A DNA stretch of 64,000 bases from assembly GCA_002069705.1 (NCBI GenBank), contig MWBV01000001.1, positions 21,768-85,767 of the forward strand, given 5' to 3'. The notes beneath the pieces are model-generated. The model was not told where the DNA came from and searched no databases. It saw nothing but the letters and a program-made list of their open reading frames with translations. The stretch is from Candidatus Diapherotrites archaeon ADurb.Bin253 (lineage in GTDB: Archaea > Nanobdellota > Nanobdellia > Pacearchaeales > GW2011-AR1). Position numbers and translations under genes: made by a program. Of this stretch, positions 55,865 through 64,000 are shown in pieces. Numbering within the stretch: the stretch's first letter is position 1; each line of letters starts with the position of its first letter.

Positions 55865-57426
55865 TCTAATTTCTTTTGTACTTCTGTTTTAATTGTTTTA
55901 ATTGGACCTTCTTTAGATAAATCTTCTTTTATACTCTCTATAGCTGTTTTCATTTTTTTCTCTCTTGATTTTGCAACATAAAAAAATGCTTCGTCACGGG
56001 TTTTTTTTGTTATTAGTATAATTAATTTACCTTTCATCAACCTAGCTGTTCTTCCTGCTCTTTGTATTGTCCTTATTGCAGAAGGTATTGGTTCATAAAA
56101 CACAACTATATTTACTTCTGGTATGTCTAATCCTTCTTCAGCAATACATGTTGCACATAAAACATTTATTTTTCCTTCAGAAAATTCTTCTATTATCTTT
56201 TTTTGTTGTTTTTGGTTTAACCCTCCCAAAGAATCTTTTTTTGCTTGTCCTATGAACACTTTAGATTTTACTCCTTCTATCTCATTTATTCTCCTAGATA
56301 TGTTTCCTGCAGTCTCTCGGAATTGGGTGAATATTATCATCTTTAGATTTTTGTTATGTTCTCTTTCTCGTTTTATTATGTTTATTATTTCTTGCATTTT
56401 TGGATGTTCTACTTTCTTTGCTAGAAGTTCATTTGCCTGAGAATAAATAAAATTAAATTCTGGTTTTGATACCAATTTTATTACTCCCTTACTTTGTTTT
56501 TTTGAGGCTTGGTCAAATAATCCTTTGAGGTATTTATAAAATCCTTCTAATGTTTGAGTTTCTAATAATTCCAATGCATGTTGTATTTTTATTGCTTGTG
56601 CACACGCACTTGCCCCTCTCATATAGTTGAAATTCTTATAATTTGAGGAGATAGTAGAGGATATTTTTTTTTGAAGATTAATTAGATCTGTTTTTGAAGC
56701 TGGTCCAAAAAGCACTTTCCTTTCTCTTAGCTCTGAAACATATTCCCCAAATAGTTTTAATAAGATATGCCTCATATCTTGAAATTCTGCTGGAAAATCT
56801 AACATTATTTTTTCAAATTCTAATTCTTGTAGATGTTCTTTGACATCAGAACTATCTCTTGTACGCAATTCAACCTCTTCTATTGAGAGGTTTTTACAGA
56901 TTTCCTTTATTTTTGATTTTTCACTTCCTGGAGAAGCAGTTAATCCAATTATCCTTGGATTATTGGACTGGTTTTTGTATTCTTCTGCAATATATCTATA
57001 ATCATAGTTTTTTATGCATCTGTGGGCTTCATCTTCTATTAAAAGACACACATCCTTTAAAGAATACATTCTTTTTTTTAAATCGTTTGCAATACATTGA
57101 GGTGTTGAAAAAATGATATCTGCTGTTTGCCATATTTTTTTTCTTTTTTCAGTATTAACACTTCCAGTGAATAATTGCATTTCTCCAAATAATTCTGGAA
57201 GGTTTCTCTTGAAGTATTTTAAATGTTGTTCTGCTAGAGGTTTTGTTGGTGCAAGAAATAAGACCTTTTCTCCTGGAAACAATTTCATTCTTTCTATCGT
57301 TAACATCAATGCGATTAATGTTTTACCCAGTCCAGTTGGAAGAACAACAAGACAATTTTTCTCTTTACATGTTTCAAATATCTCTTGCTGATATTTTCTT
57401 GGTTTTATTTTTTCTAAAAATTCCAT
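55861..57426 (-). CDS. hef: Hef-type DEAH helicase (equivalent to the Hef N-terminal half)
   Basis: 521 aa. Walker A LPTGLGKT, DEAH box IEDEAHR, motif VI QRAGRTAR, and an inserted helical domain as in Hef/FANCM. Confidence 0.8.
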   Translation of the reverse strand: MEFLEKIKPRKYQQEIFETCKEKNCLVVLPTGLGKTLIALMLTIERMKLFPGEKVLFLAPTKPLAEQHLKYFKRNLPELFGEMQLFTGSVNTEKRKKIWQTADIIFSTPQCIANDLKKRMYSLKDVCLLIEDEAHRCIKNYDYRYIAEEYKNQSNNPRIIGLTASPGSEKSKIKEICKNLSIEEVELRTRDSSDVKEHLQELEFEKIMLDFPAEFQDMRHILLKLFGEYVSELRERKVLFGPASKTDLINLQKKISSTISSNYKNFNYMRGASACAQAIKIQHALELLETQTLEGFYKYLKGLFDQASKKQSKGVIKLVSKPEFNFIYSQANELLAKKVEHPKMQEIINIIKREREHNKNLKMIIFTQFRETAGNISRRINEIEGVKSKVFIGQAKKDSLGGLNQKQQKKIIEEFSEGKINVLCATCIAEEGLDIPEVNIVVFYEPIPSAIRTIQRAGRTARLMKGKLIILITKKTRDEAFFYVAKSREKKMKTAIESIKEDLSKEGPIKTIKTEVQKKLE

Positions 57427-57477
57427 TATTTTGCTTTAACTTTTATTTATTTTATAAATTCTTTTTATATTAAAATT

Positions 57478-58131
57478 TTATATTAAAAAGAAAGTGTATC
57501 CAACTGCAATTAAAGTAATTATTGCAAGGAAACTCCAAAGAACCAAATTACCAAAGAATATTTTATTTCCATCTAAATCAGATATTGGAATCATATTAAA
57601 GAAAGCAAACCAGATATTTAACTTTGCAAATAAAACTCCAAAGTTTCCTCCTATGAAATAAAAGATTAATGCTAGGAAGAGATTAGCAATTATTCCTGTT
57701 GCAGCTATTTTTCCAATGTGTTCTTCTGTCATTTCTGAAAAAGAATATATACCGTGTCTTTTTGCCGCCCTATATGACTTTGCCTTTACATCAAAAACTA
57801 ATGAAGCCATCCAGACAAAGCTGTTTAATGGTAATAGGAGTATTTTGAATATAATTGGCATAAAAGCTCCTATTGGAAATGCTTTTTTGAAATGTTGTCC
57901 TGTCTTAAAACCAAATCTTTTTATTTCCCATAATTTTATTTCTATTTCAGATTCTAAAAAATATGCAGCGGTTTTCTTTATTAAAATATTTACTGTTAGT
58001 AATATAAATACTGCAAGTAAAGAAAGAAGCAGGAGATTTAGATTTATAGACAAGTCCTTTGTTAATGATATTGCGAATGCAGTTATTATTGTTATGAGTA
58101 TCACATACCCAATCTCTTTTCCCTTTGCCAT
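57478..58131 (-). CDS. Membrane protein with S2P/M50-like NxxPxxxLDG motif but no HExxH
   Basis: 217 aa, ~6 TM. NMIPISDLDGNKIFFG matches the second zinc-ligand motif of site-2 proteases. No HExxH is found in the ORF. Confidence 0.4.
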   Translation of the reverse strand: MAKGKEIGYVILITIITAFAISLTKDLSINLNLLLLSLLAVFILLTVNILIKKTAAYFLESEIEIKLWEIKRFGFKTGQHFKKAFPIGAFMPIIFKILLLPLNSFVWMASLVFDVKAKSYRAAKRHGIYSFSEMTEEHIGKIAATGIIANLFLALIFYFIGGNFGVLFAKLNIWFAFFNMIPISDLDGNKIFFGNLVLWSFLAIITLIAVGYTFFLI

Positions 58132-58248
58132 GTTTTTTTTAAGATATTTTTTTTTATAAATCTTATGATATTCACAAGTTATCCTATTTTACAACAATAT
58201 TCAATCCATCATGGAAAAGTATTTAAATAAACTATTGTATTTCCTAAT

Positions 58249-58512
58249 ATGAAAATCAAAAAAATTTCAGAGGTTTTAGGTAAAAGGGTATTTACTGATT
58301 CGGGAGAATTTTTTGGAGAAGTGGAAGAAGCAAATCTCTTTGAAAACAAAATTGATGGATGGAGGATAAGAGTTGGTGGAAATATCCTTTCTTTAATGGG
58401 GGGAGCTAGAGGAGTGATAATCCCTCATCAATTTGTTAGGTCTATTAGTGATGTTTTCATAATAAGTAAATCAGCTTTACCAAGCCAAGATACAGGGTTT
58501 GAAGAAGTGTAA
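58249..58512 (+). CDS. PRC-barrel domain protein
   Basis: 87 aa. LGKRVFTDSGEFFGEVEEANLFENKIDGWRIRV is PRC-barrel-like. Confidence 0.45.
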   Translation: MKIKKISEVLGKRVFTDSGEFFGEVEEANLFENKIDGWRIRVGGNILSLMGGARGVIIPHQFVRSISDVFIISKSALPSQDTGFEEV

Positions 58513-58535
58513 GTTAAAAGGAGTAAAAAGAGGTA

Positions 58536-59048
58536 ATGACAGAAGTAACTTTTTTACAGAATTCACTTTTAACTAAGTTTGTATACCCTTTTTTACTTAT
58601 GTTCTTTGTACTTTTTGCAGTTTTAGAGAAGACTAAGGTTTTTGGTTCAGGTACTAAACAGATTAATGCATTAATTTCTTTTGTAATTAGTTTTATTTTT
58701 GTTTCTGCAGTATTTCCTAAAGAAGTGACTAGTAATTTAATATTGTTCTTGGCAATAGCATTAGTAGTTATTTTTGTGGTTCTTCTTTTGTGGGGATTTA
58801 TAATGGGAGAAGAGGGATTAAATATATTTAAGAACGCTCCTAAAGGATTGAAATGGGCAATAGGAATTTTTGTTGTTATAACTACTTTAATTGCAGTTCT
58901 TTGGGCTGCTGGAGTAGACACAGCTAGCTTTTTTGATAGATTATTCAATTCTTCTTGGAGCAATCAATTCTGGACCAATACGGTTTTCATAGTTTTGGTT
59001 GTTATTGCTCTTGTTGTGGTTTTAGCATCAGGAAAATCTAAAGGATAG
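58536..59048 (+). CDS. Small polytopic membrane protein
   Basis: 170 aa, four hydrophobic segments. Confidence 0.4.
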   Translation: MTEVTFLQNSLLTKFVYPFLLMFFVLFAVLEKTKVFGSGTKQINALISFVISFIFVSAVFPKEVTSNLILFLAIALVVIFVVLLLWGFIMGEEGLNIFKNAPKGLKWAIGIFVVITTLIAVLWAAGVDTASFFDRLFNSSWSNQFWTNTVFIVLVVIALVVVLASGKSKG

Positions 59049-59086
59049 TAGAAACATATTTAAACAATGTTAGATAAATTTATAGA

Positions 59087-59653
59087 ATGATAAATGAGGG
59101 GATTGTTTTAGCTTCTTATGGTTTTTTTGGAGGCGGGACAATTGGTGATTTACTTGGACAGTGGGAAGCTGCAGGAATTTTTGCATATGCATTGCCATTT
59201 CTTTTGATATTTGCGATTGTTTATGCAATATTGAGTTTTGTTAATGTTTTTAAAAACAATAAAGCAGTTGTCACAATAATTTCTTTGGCAGTTGCATTAA
59301 TGGCATTGCAGTTTGAAATAGTTTCATATTTCTTTGCAGATATTTTTCCAAGGTTAGGTGTTGCTCTTTCAATTATTTTGGTTTTGCTTATTTTGGGAGG
59401 AATGTTTTTAGATTGGGATAATAAAGGGATGAAATGGTTTTTATTTGCAGTTGTGGCAATTGCAATTATCATAGTTGTTTGGGGACCTTTAAGAAATATA
59501 GGATTGTTTAGTGGAATTGGATTTAATATTTTTGGAGGGAATATAGGAACTATAATTGCAGTTGTAGTAATAGTCGGATTAATTGCGTGGGTTATTAATG
59601 GGAATACAAAGATTAATGTTGGAGATGCTCCAGTAAGAAACCCTACTAGATAA
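59087..59653 (+). CDS. Small polytopic membrane protein, near-identical paralog of 63188..63709
   Basis: 188 aa. From LGQWEAAGIFAYALPFLLIF onward it is almost identical to the downstream copy; the duplication is visible at nucleotide level. Confidence 0.5.
   Translation: MINEGIVLASYGFFGGGTIGDLLGQWEAAGIFAYALPFLLIFAIVYAILSFVNVFKNNKAVVTIISLAVALMALQFEIVSYFFADIFPRLGVALSIILVLLILGGMFLDWDNKGMKWFLFAVVAIAIIIVVWGPLRNIGLFSGIGFNIFGGNIGTIIAVVVIVGLIAWVINGNTKINVGDAPVRNPTR
59147..59600 (+). repeat. Direct repeat copy A (~455 bp), near-identical to 63201..63654
   Basis: Starts tttacttggacagtgggaagctgcagg... and ends ...ggattaattgcgtgggttatt, with only a handful of mismatches versus copy B. Confidence 0.8.
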
Positions 59654-59697
59654 ATTTTAAATTTAATTTTTAATAAGACAATTTAATTATTAAAAGA

Positions 59698-60423
59698 TTA
59701 TTTTCTTTTTTTTACTGTTTTTTTCTCTTCAGATTTTTCGTGAAGTATTGGGACCATTTTTTCAAAAGATTCTTGCATCATTCCCATTTCATTTTTTATT
59801 GACTCTATATTTTTTCCATATGAACCTATTTTTTCTAATATTGCTATTTGTAATTTGTCAATTATACTCTCTATTCTTTTTATTCTTTCATTATAATTAC
59901 TTATTCTTGTTTCAACAAGTGTTGCAAATTCATTTAGAGACTCTATCTGTTTTTGTTCTTTTTTTATTTTTTCTGAAAATACTTGTTCTGTAATTTCTAT
60001 AATAGTATCTGTATCATAACCTCCTCCCACGGGGTTTTCTACATATCCTTCTTGAGCAATATATTGTTCTTGTCCATATTCAGGACCTGCATTATACATT
60101 GGAGGTTGTATATTTTCATTGAATTGAGGTACCATTGGTTGTGGCGAATAAAATTCTCGTGGGTCATGCTCTATTTCTTGGGTCTTTGGGGTGTATAGTG
60201 GGGGCGCTTGAGGAGTTGGAGGTTGGAGTTCATTTTTCATAATTGAAGGTTCCATTCCTTCTTCTCCAGCATATTCTGCAGAAACTGCATTTTTTATTTT
60301 TATTTGATTGAATGCATCTTCAACAGCTTTAGGAGAAACTCCCCTTTCTTGTAATTTTCTATAAATTTCATTTTCTTGCATTCCCTGGTTTTTCATATTT
60401 GTTATATCTTCTATTATTCCCAT
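59698..60423 (-). CDS. Hypothetical protein with N-terminal helical domain, P/Q-rich linker and C-terminal coiled coil
   Basis: 241-aa ORF. Linker PPTPQAPPLYTPKTQ...PQPMVPQFNENIQPPMYNAGPEYGQEQY. Confidence 0.35.
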   Translation of the reverse strand: MGIIEDITNMKNQGMQENEIYRKLQERGVSPKAVEDAFNQIKIKNAVSAEYAGEEGMEPSIMKNELQPPTPQAPPLYTPKTQEIEHDPREFYSPQPMVPQFNENIQPPMYNAGPEYGQEQYIAQEGYVENPVGGGYDTDTIIEITEQVFSEKIKKEQKQIESLNEFATLVETRISNYNERIKRIESIIDKLQIAILEKIGSYGKNIESIKNEMGMMQESFEKMVPILHEKSEEKKTVKKRK

Positions 60424-60437
60424 TTTTTATTTAGTGT

Positions 60438-60827
60438 TTATTTGTTTTTTAAGTTTTCTAAATCTTTTCTTGTAACGAATTCTAAAGGTTGAAACATTTT
60501 TGCTTGTTTTGAGAGTATTTCTAATTCCTCTTTTTTTGCAAATTTTGAAAACTCTCCTGATGCTGTTTCAAAAAAAGATTTTAATCTTTCAACATCTATC
60601 TTTAAAGTTTCTATTTCTTTTTTTATATTTAAGAATGTAGAATGCATTTCTTTTTTTACTTCAATTAAGTTTTGTCCTATCAAAAGTACTCTGTCTTTGA
60701 TTATTCTTTGTTTATCTTCCAAATCTCTTATTTTTGTGCTAACCTCTGTAAAATACTGATTTTCATATCCCTCTTCAGCCATATTTGCTAGAAGTAAATC
60801 TACTTTAAATTTGTTTGGATTATACAA
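60438..60827 (-). CDS. Hypothetical coiled-coil protein
   Basis: 129 aa, heptad-rich. Co-oriented with 59698..60423. Confidence 0.35.
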   Translation of the reverse strand: MYNPNKFKVDLLLANMAEEGYENQYFTEVSTKIRDLEDKQRIIKDRVLLIGQNLIEVKKEMHSTFLNIKKEIETLKIDVERLKSFFETASGEFSKFAKKEELEILSKQAKMFQPLEFVTRKDLENLKNK

Positions 60828-60859
60828 AATATTTTAAACTATAGACTATTTTTTCTTTC

Positions 60860-63148
60860 ATGCAATTTGGAAAAGAGGATGAGCTGTATTCCTATGAAGT
60901 CAAGAGAGAAGGAGGAGAAGATGTTCTTTATATTAATTATATGGGGGCTCCATATGTCCCTAGCTTAGCAGAACATCCAGAAGTTATGGAAAGAACAATT
61001 GATTCTTTAATTGAAAACCCTCAAGTTTCAAGGGTTGTTTTTGTTCAACAAAAAAATTACAATTATGATTTTAAAGAAACAGGTTATTTATTAGAAATAG
61101 CTCAATTCTATGTTTATCTTGTTAAACAAGAAAAAATACTTAGTCAAGAGAAGTTAATCACATCTAATCCTGATTTCTTTCCAAGAAGATATAATGAAAT
61201 GTTTTCTTTTTTATATCTTCTTAAAAAAGATCCACTTTCAGCATATTTTCAACTTAGAAAGATAATCTTAGAAGGAAAGATAATTTTGGATAAACTTGAT
61301 GGAGTATTGAAATTAGACCAAAAGAATTATCTTGCTTTAGTAGAAAAAATTTTAGAAAATTTTTCTAAAACTAATTTCATTCAAACATTTCAGCAGTATT
61401 CTACCCAATATAAAAGAGGAGATAGAGAAATATACCATAAACTTTTCAGACCAGATGTTATTGCTAATTTTACATTTACCCGGTTGGTTTCAGATTTGCC
61501 TAGAGATGCAGAAATAATATCTCAATATAAAATATCTAATGGGGAAGATGATGAATCCAATGTAACTATACTTAGAAAAAAGAATGAATCTAAACTTATT
61601 TATCATTTAGTTCCCCCTGAAAATACTCTGACTGAAGATCAAAGTATAATTCTTAATTTGGCAAGAGGGGTTTTAATAGAACATCAACCTAAAGCAGAAG
61701 AATTTACAGATACAGAAAGAGTTAGGCAAGTATTTATGAATATCTCCAAAGACCTTATAAGAGATTTATCTCAAAGTAGGGACATAAAATTAGATTATTC
61801 ATCTTTGAATAAATTGTCTTCTATTCTCGTTAGGCATACAATTGGATTTGGAATTGTAGAGGTTTTACTCCAAGATAAAAATCTTCAGGATATTTCTTTA
61901 AATGCACCTATTCCACAGACTCCAATTTTTGTAAGACATCAGGAATATGACCAATGCACAACAAATATTTTGCCTAGTCAGGAAGATGCTGACTCATGGG
62001 CAGCAAAATTCAGAATGATTTCTGGTAGACCTTTGGATGAAGCTAATCCTATATTAGATACTCAGGTAGAAATAGGAACTCTTAGAGCAAGAATTTCAAT
62101 TGTTCAACAACCCTTATCTTGTGATGGATTAGCTTATTCTATAAGAAGACATAGAGAGAGTCCTTGGACATTGCCTCTTTTTATTCAGAACAAGATGATT
62201 AATCCTTTTGGTGCAGGGTTACTTAGTTTTTTAATAGATGGTGCTAGAACATTGTTGGTTGCTGGAACTAGGAGTTCTGGTAAAACTTCTCTTTTAGGAA
62301 GTCTTATGCTTGAGATTGTTCCTAAACATAGAATAATAGTTATTGAAGATTCTTTAGAATTACCTGTTGAAGCTTTAAGAAAACTTAATTATGATATTTT
62401 AAGAATGAAAGTTCGTTCTGCTCTCTTAAAAACAACTACAGAAGTATCAGCAGAAGATGGTATTAGAACAAGTTTGAGATTAGGAGATAGTTGTTTGATT
62501 ATAGGGGAAGTTAGGAGTGTTGAAGCTAAAGCACTTTATGAAGCAATGAGAGTTGGAGCATTGGCAAATGTTGTTGCAGGTACAATCCATGGAGCATCTC
62601 CTTATGGTGTTTTTGATAGAGTAGTTAATGATTTGGAAGTTCCAATAACTAGTTTTAAAGCAACTGATTCAGTTATTGTATGCAATCCAATAAAATCTCC
62701 AGATGGATTACATGCTTGGAAAAGATTAATTCAACTTTCTGAAGTAAGAAAACACTGGACAAAAGATCCGCTAGCAGAAAAAGGTTTTGTTGATCTTATG
62801 AAGTATAATATCGAGAAAGATGAATTGGAACCCACTGAGGATTTAATTAATGGAGATAGTCAAATAATTAAAGATGTTGCTTCAAATGTAAAGGGTTGGG
62901 CAGGTAATTGGGATGCAGTTTATGACAATATTCTTCTTAGATCAAAAATAAAAAATGAATTAGTTAATGTAGCAAAAAAAACTTCAGATTATGATTTGCT
63001 AGAATCTAAATTTAATACATTGTCTAATCATGCATTTCATAGAATCTCAGATGAGATAATTCAAGAAGTCGGATTACCCTTGGGAGAGAGAGTTTTTCCT
63101 GTTTGGCAGGAATGGTTAAATAAAGAAATTAAAAAAAGAATAATCTGA
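60860..63148 (+). CDS. Type II/IV secretion-system ATPase of the FlaI/GspE/VirB11 family with a ~250-aa N-terminal extension
   Basis: 762 aa. Walker A LVAGTRSSGKTSLL, Asp box IIVIEDSLEL, Walker B CLIIGEVRS, His box AGTIHGASP. Confidence 0.8.
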   Translation: MQFGKEDELYSYEVKREGGEDVLYINYMGAPYVPSLAEHPEVMERTIDSLIENPQVSRVVFVQQKNYNYDFKETGYLLEIAQFYVYLVKQEKILSQEKLITSNPDFFPRRYNEMFSFLYLLKKDPLSAYFQLRKIILEGKIILDKLDGVLKLDQKNYLALVEKILENFSKTNFIQTFQQYSTQYKRGDREIYHKLFRPDVIANFTFTRLVSDLPRDAEIISQYKISNGEDDESNVTILRKKNESKLIYHLVPPENTLTEDQSIILNLARGVLIEHQPKAEEFTDTERVRQVFMNISKDLIRDLSQSRDIKLDYSSLNKLSSILVRHTIGFGIVEVLLQDKNLQDISLNAPIPQTPIFVRHQEYDQCTTNILPSQEDADSWAAKFRMISGRPLDEANPILDTQVEIGTLRARISIVQQPLSCDGLAYSIRRHRESPWTLPLFIQNKMINPFGAGLLSFLIDGARTLLVAGTRSSGKTSLLGSLMLEIVPKHRIIVIEDSLELPVEALRKLNYDILRMKVRSALLKTTTEVSAEDGIRTSLRLGDSCLIIGEVRSVEAKALYEAMRVGALANVVAGTIHGASPYGVFDRVVNDLEVPITSFKATDSVIVCNPIKSPDGLHAWKRLIQLSEVRKHWTKDPLAEKGFVDLMKYNIEKDELEPTEDLINGDSQIIKDVASNVKGWAGNWDAVYDNILLRSKIKNELVNVAKKTSDYDLLESKFNTLSNHAFHRISDEIIQEVGLPLGERVFPVWQEWLNKEIKKRII

Positions 63149-63187
63149 TTTGAAAAAATTTATTAAGCTGTTTTTGTTATTTCTTTT

Positions 63188-63709
63188 ATGTATTTAGGAA
63201 ATTTACTTGGACAGTGGGAAGCTGCAGGAATTTTTGCATATGCATTGCCATTTCTTTTGATATTTGCGATTGTTTATGCAATATTGAGTTTTGTTAATGT
63301 TTTTAAAAACAATAAAGCAGTTGTCACAATAATTTCTTTGGCAGTTGCATTAATGGCATTGCAGTTTGAAATAGTTTCATATTTCTTTGCAGATATTTTT
63401 CCAAGGTTAGGTGTTGCTCTTTCAATTATTTTGGTTTTGCTTATTTTGGGAGGAATGTTTTTAGATTGGGATAATAAAGGGATGAAATGGTTTTTATTTG
63501 CAGTTGTGGCAATTGCAATTATCATAGTTGTTTGGGGACCTTTAAGAAATATAGGATTGTTTAGTGGAATTGGAATTAATATTTTTGGGGGCAATATAGG
63601 CACTATAATTGCAGTTGTGTTAATAGTTGGATTAATTGCGTGGGTTATTTCTGGTGGGAATAAAGATTCCCATATTAGGTACCCTCCAGAACGCCCTTAC
63701 GGATATTGA
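63188..63709 (+). CDS. Small polytopic membrane protein, near-identical paralog of 59087..59653
   Basis: 173 aa. Near-identical to the upstream copy except at both termini. Confidence 0.5.
   Translation: MYLGNLLGQWEAAGIFAYALPFLLIFAIVYAILSFVNVFKNNKAVVTIISLAVALMALQFEIVSYFFADIFPRLGVALSIILVLLILGGMFLDWDNKGMKWFLFAVVAIAIIIVVWGPLRNIGLFSGIGINIFGGNIGTIIAVVLIVGLIAWVISGGNKDSHIRYPPERPYGY
63201..63654 (+). repeat. Direct repeat copy B (~455 bp), near-identical to 59147..59600
   Basis: Direct comparison shows identity apart from scattered substitutions (e.g. ggatttaat/ggaattaat; gtagtaatagtcgg/gtgttaatagttgg). Confidence 0.8.
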
Positions 63710-63743
63710 GAATCTTTAAATAGTTTTTAATTTTTAATTGAAT

Positions 63744-64000
63744 ATGCCCAAGCATAAAAGACTAAATAATTTGAAGTATAGTGTTTCTTTAATTCCCACA
63801 TCTCATAATTTTTCTATAGATAATTCTGTTGGAAACATCTCTAGATTGCATTTCAAAAGAGGGATTTCTTATTTTGATTTTAAGGTATTCTATAATAATG
63901 ATGAATTTTATGGAATAAAATATCATTTTAAAGATGGCCATTATAAAAAATCATATTTTTTTAAAGAAGGAGATATTACAATAAATAAAAAGAATATTCT
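63744..64000 (+). CDS. Hypothetical protein, N-terminal fragment (runs off the window)
   Basis: Open frame from ATG 63744 (MPKHKRLNNLKYSVSLIPTSH...) to the window end. Confidence 0.2.
   Translation, partial: MPKHKRLNNLKYSVSLIPTSHNFSIDNSVGNISRLHFKRGISYFDFKVFYNNDEFYGIKYHFKDGHYKKSYFFKEGDITINKKNI

Noticed and set aside
59221-59472. Identical 83/109-aa antisense ORFs 59221..59472 and 63274..63603 as a conserved gene pair.
   Set aside because: Their identity is a by-product of the ~455-bp DNA duplication. They are antisense to the membrane-protein genes and have no features of their own.

Overview
AT-rich archaeal chromosomal segment. The Orc1/Cdc6 gene followed by both subunits of the archaea-specific D-family DNA polymerase (PolD), plus Hef, point to a non-crenarchaeal, probably small-genome lineage. 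Three zones are visible. (1) Positions 1 to ~36,600 are densely packed with signal-peptide or membrane-anchored proteins rich in N-glycosylation sequons. They include three giant, partially paralogous surface proteins, three tandem ~250-aa secreted paralogs, and a six-gene translationally coupled plus-strand operon headed by a small AbrB-like regulator that the ORF track misses. Most notably, the zone holds two paralogous single-pass membrane proteins whose extracellular beta-sandwich domains are fused through a transmembrane helix to a cytoplasmic HerA/VirB4/FtsK-type P-loop ATPase (Walker A GATGxGKS, Walker B LLVFDEVH). This is my best candidate for an undescribed system: a surface-receptor-coupled translocase or motor module embedded in a cell-surface island. 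(2) Positions ~36,600 to 41,790 form a repeat-rich, largely non-coding region. It carries an 18-nt motif in five direct copies, CTGTTTAAACAG palindromes, two convergent coiled-coil/wHTH paralog genes, three ORB-like elements (TTTCCACAGGAAATAGAGG) and a very AT-rich putative unwinding tract directly upstream of orc1, so this is the likely oriC. (3) Positions 41,790 to 64,000 hold orc1, PolD small subunit, an HD-domain gene, PolD large subunit, then housekeeping genes: a TctA-like membrane protein, an ATP-grasp ligase, a TGS-domain GTPase, a SAM methyltransferase, an M16 peptidase, an agmatinase-family enzyme and a split Hef helicase/XPF nuclease. After these come small membrane proteins and a FlaI/VirB11-family secretion ATPase cassette flanked by near-identical ~455-bp direct repeats. 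I see no rRNA, tRNA, CRISPR array, integrase or transposase.
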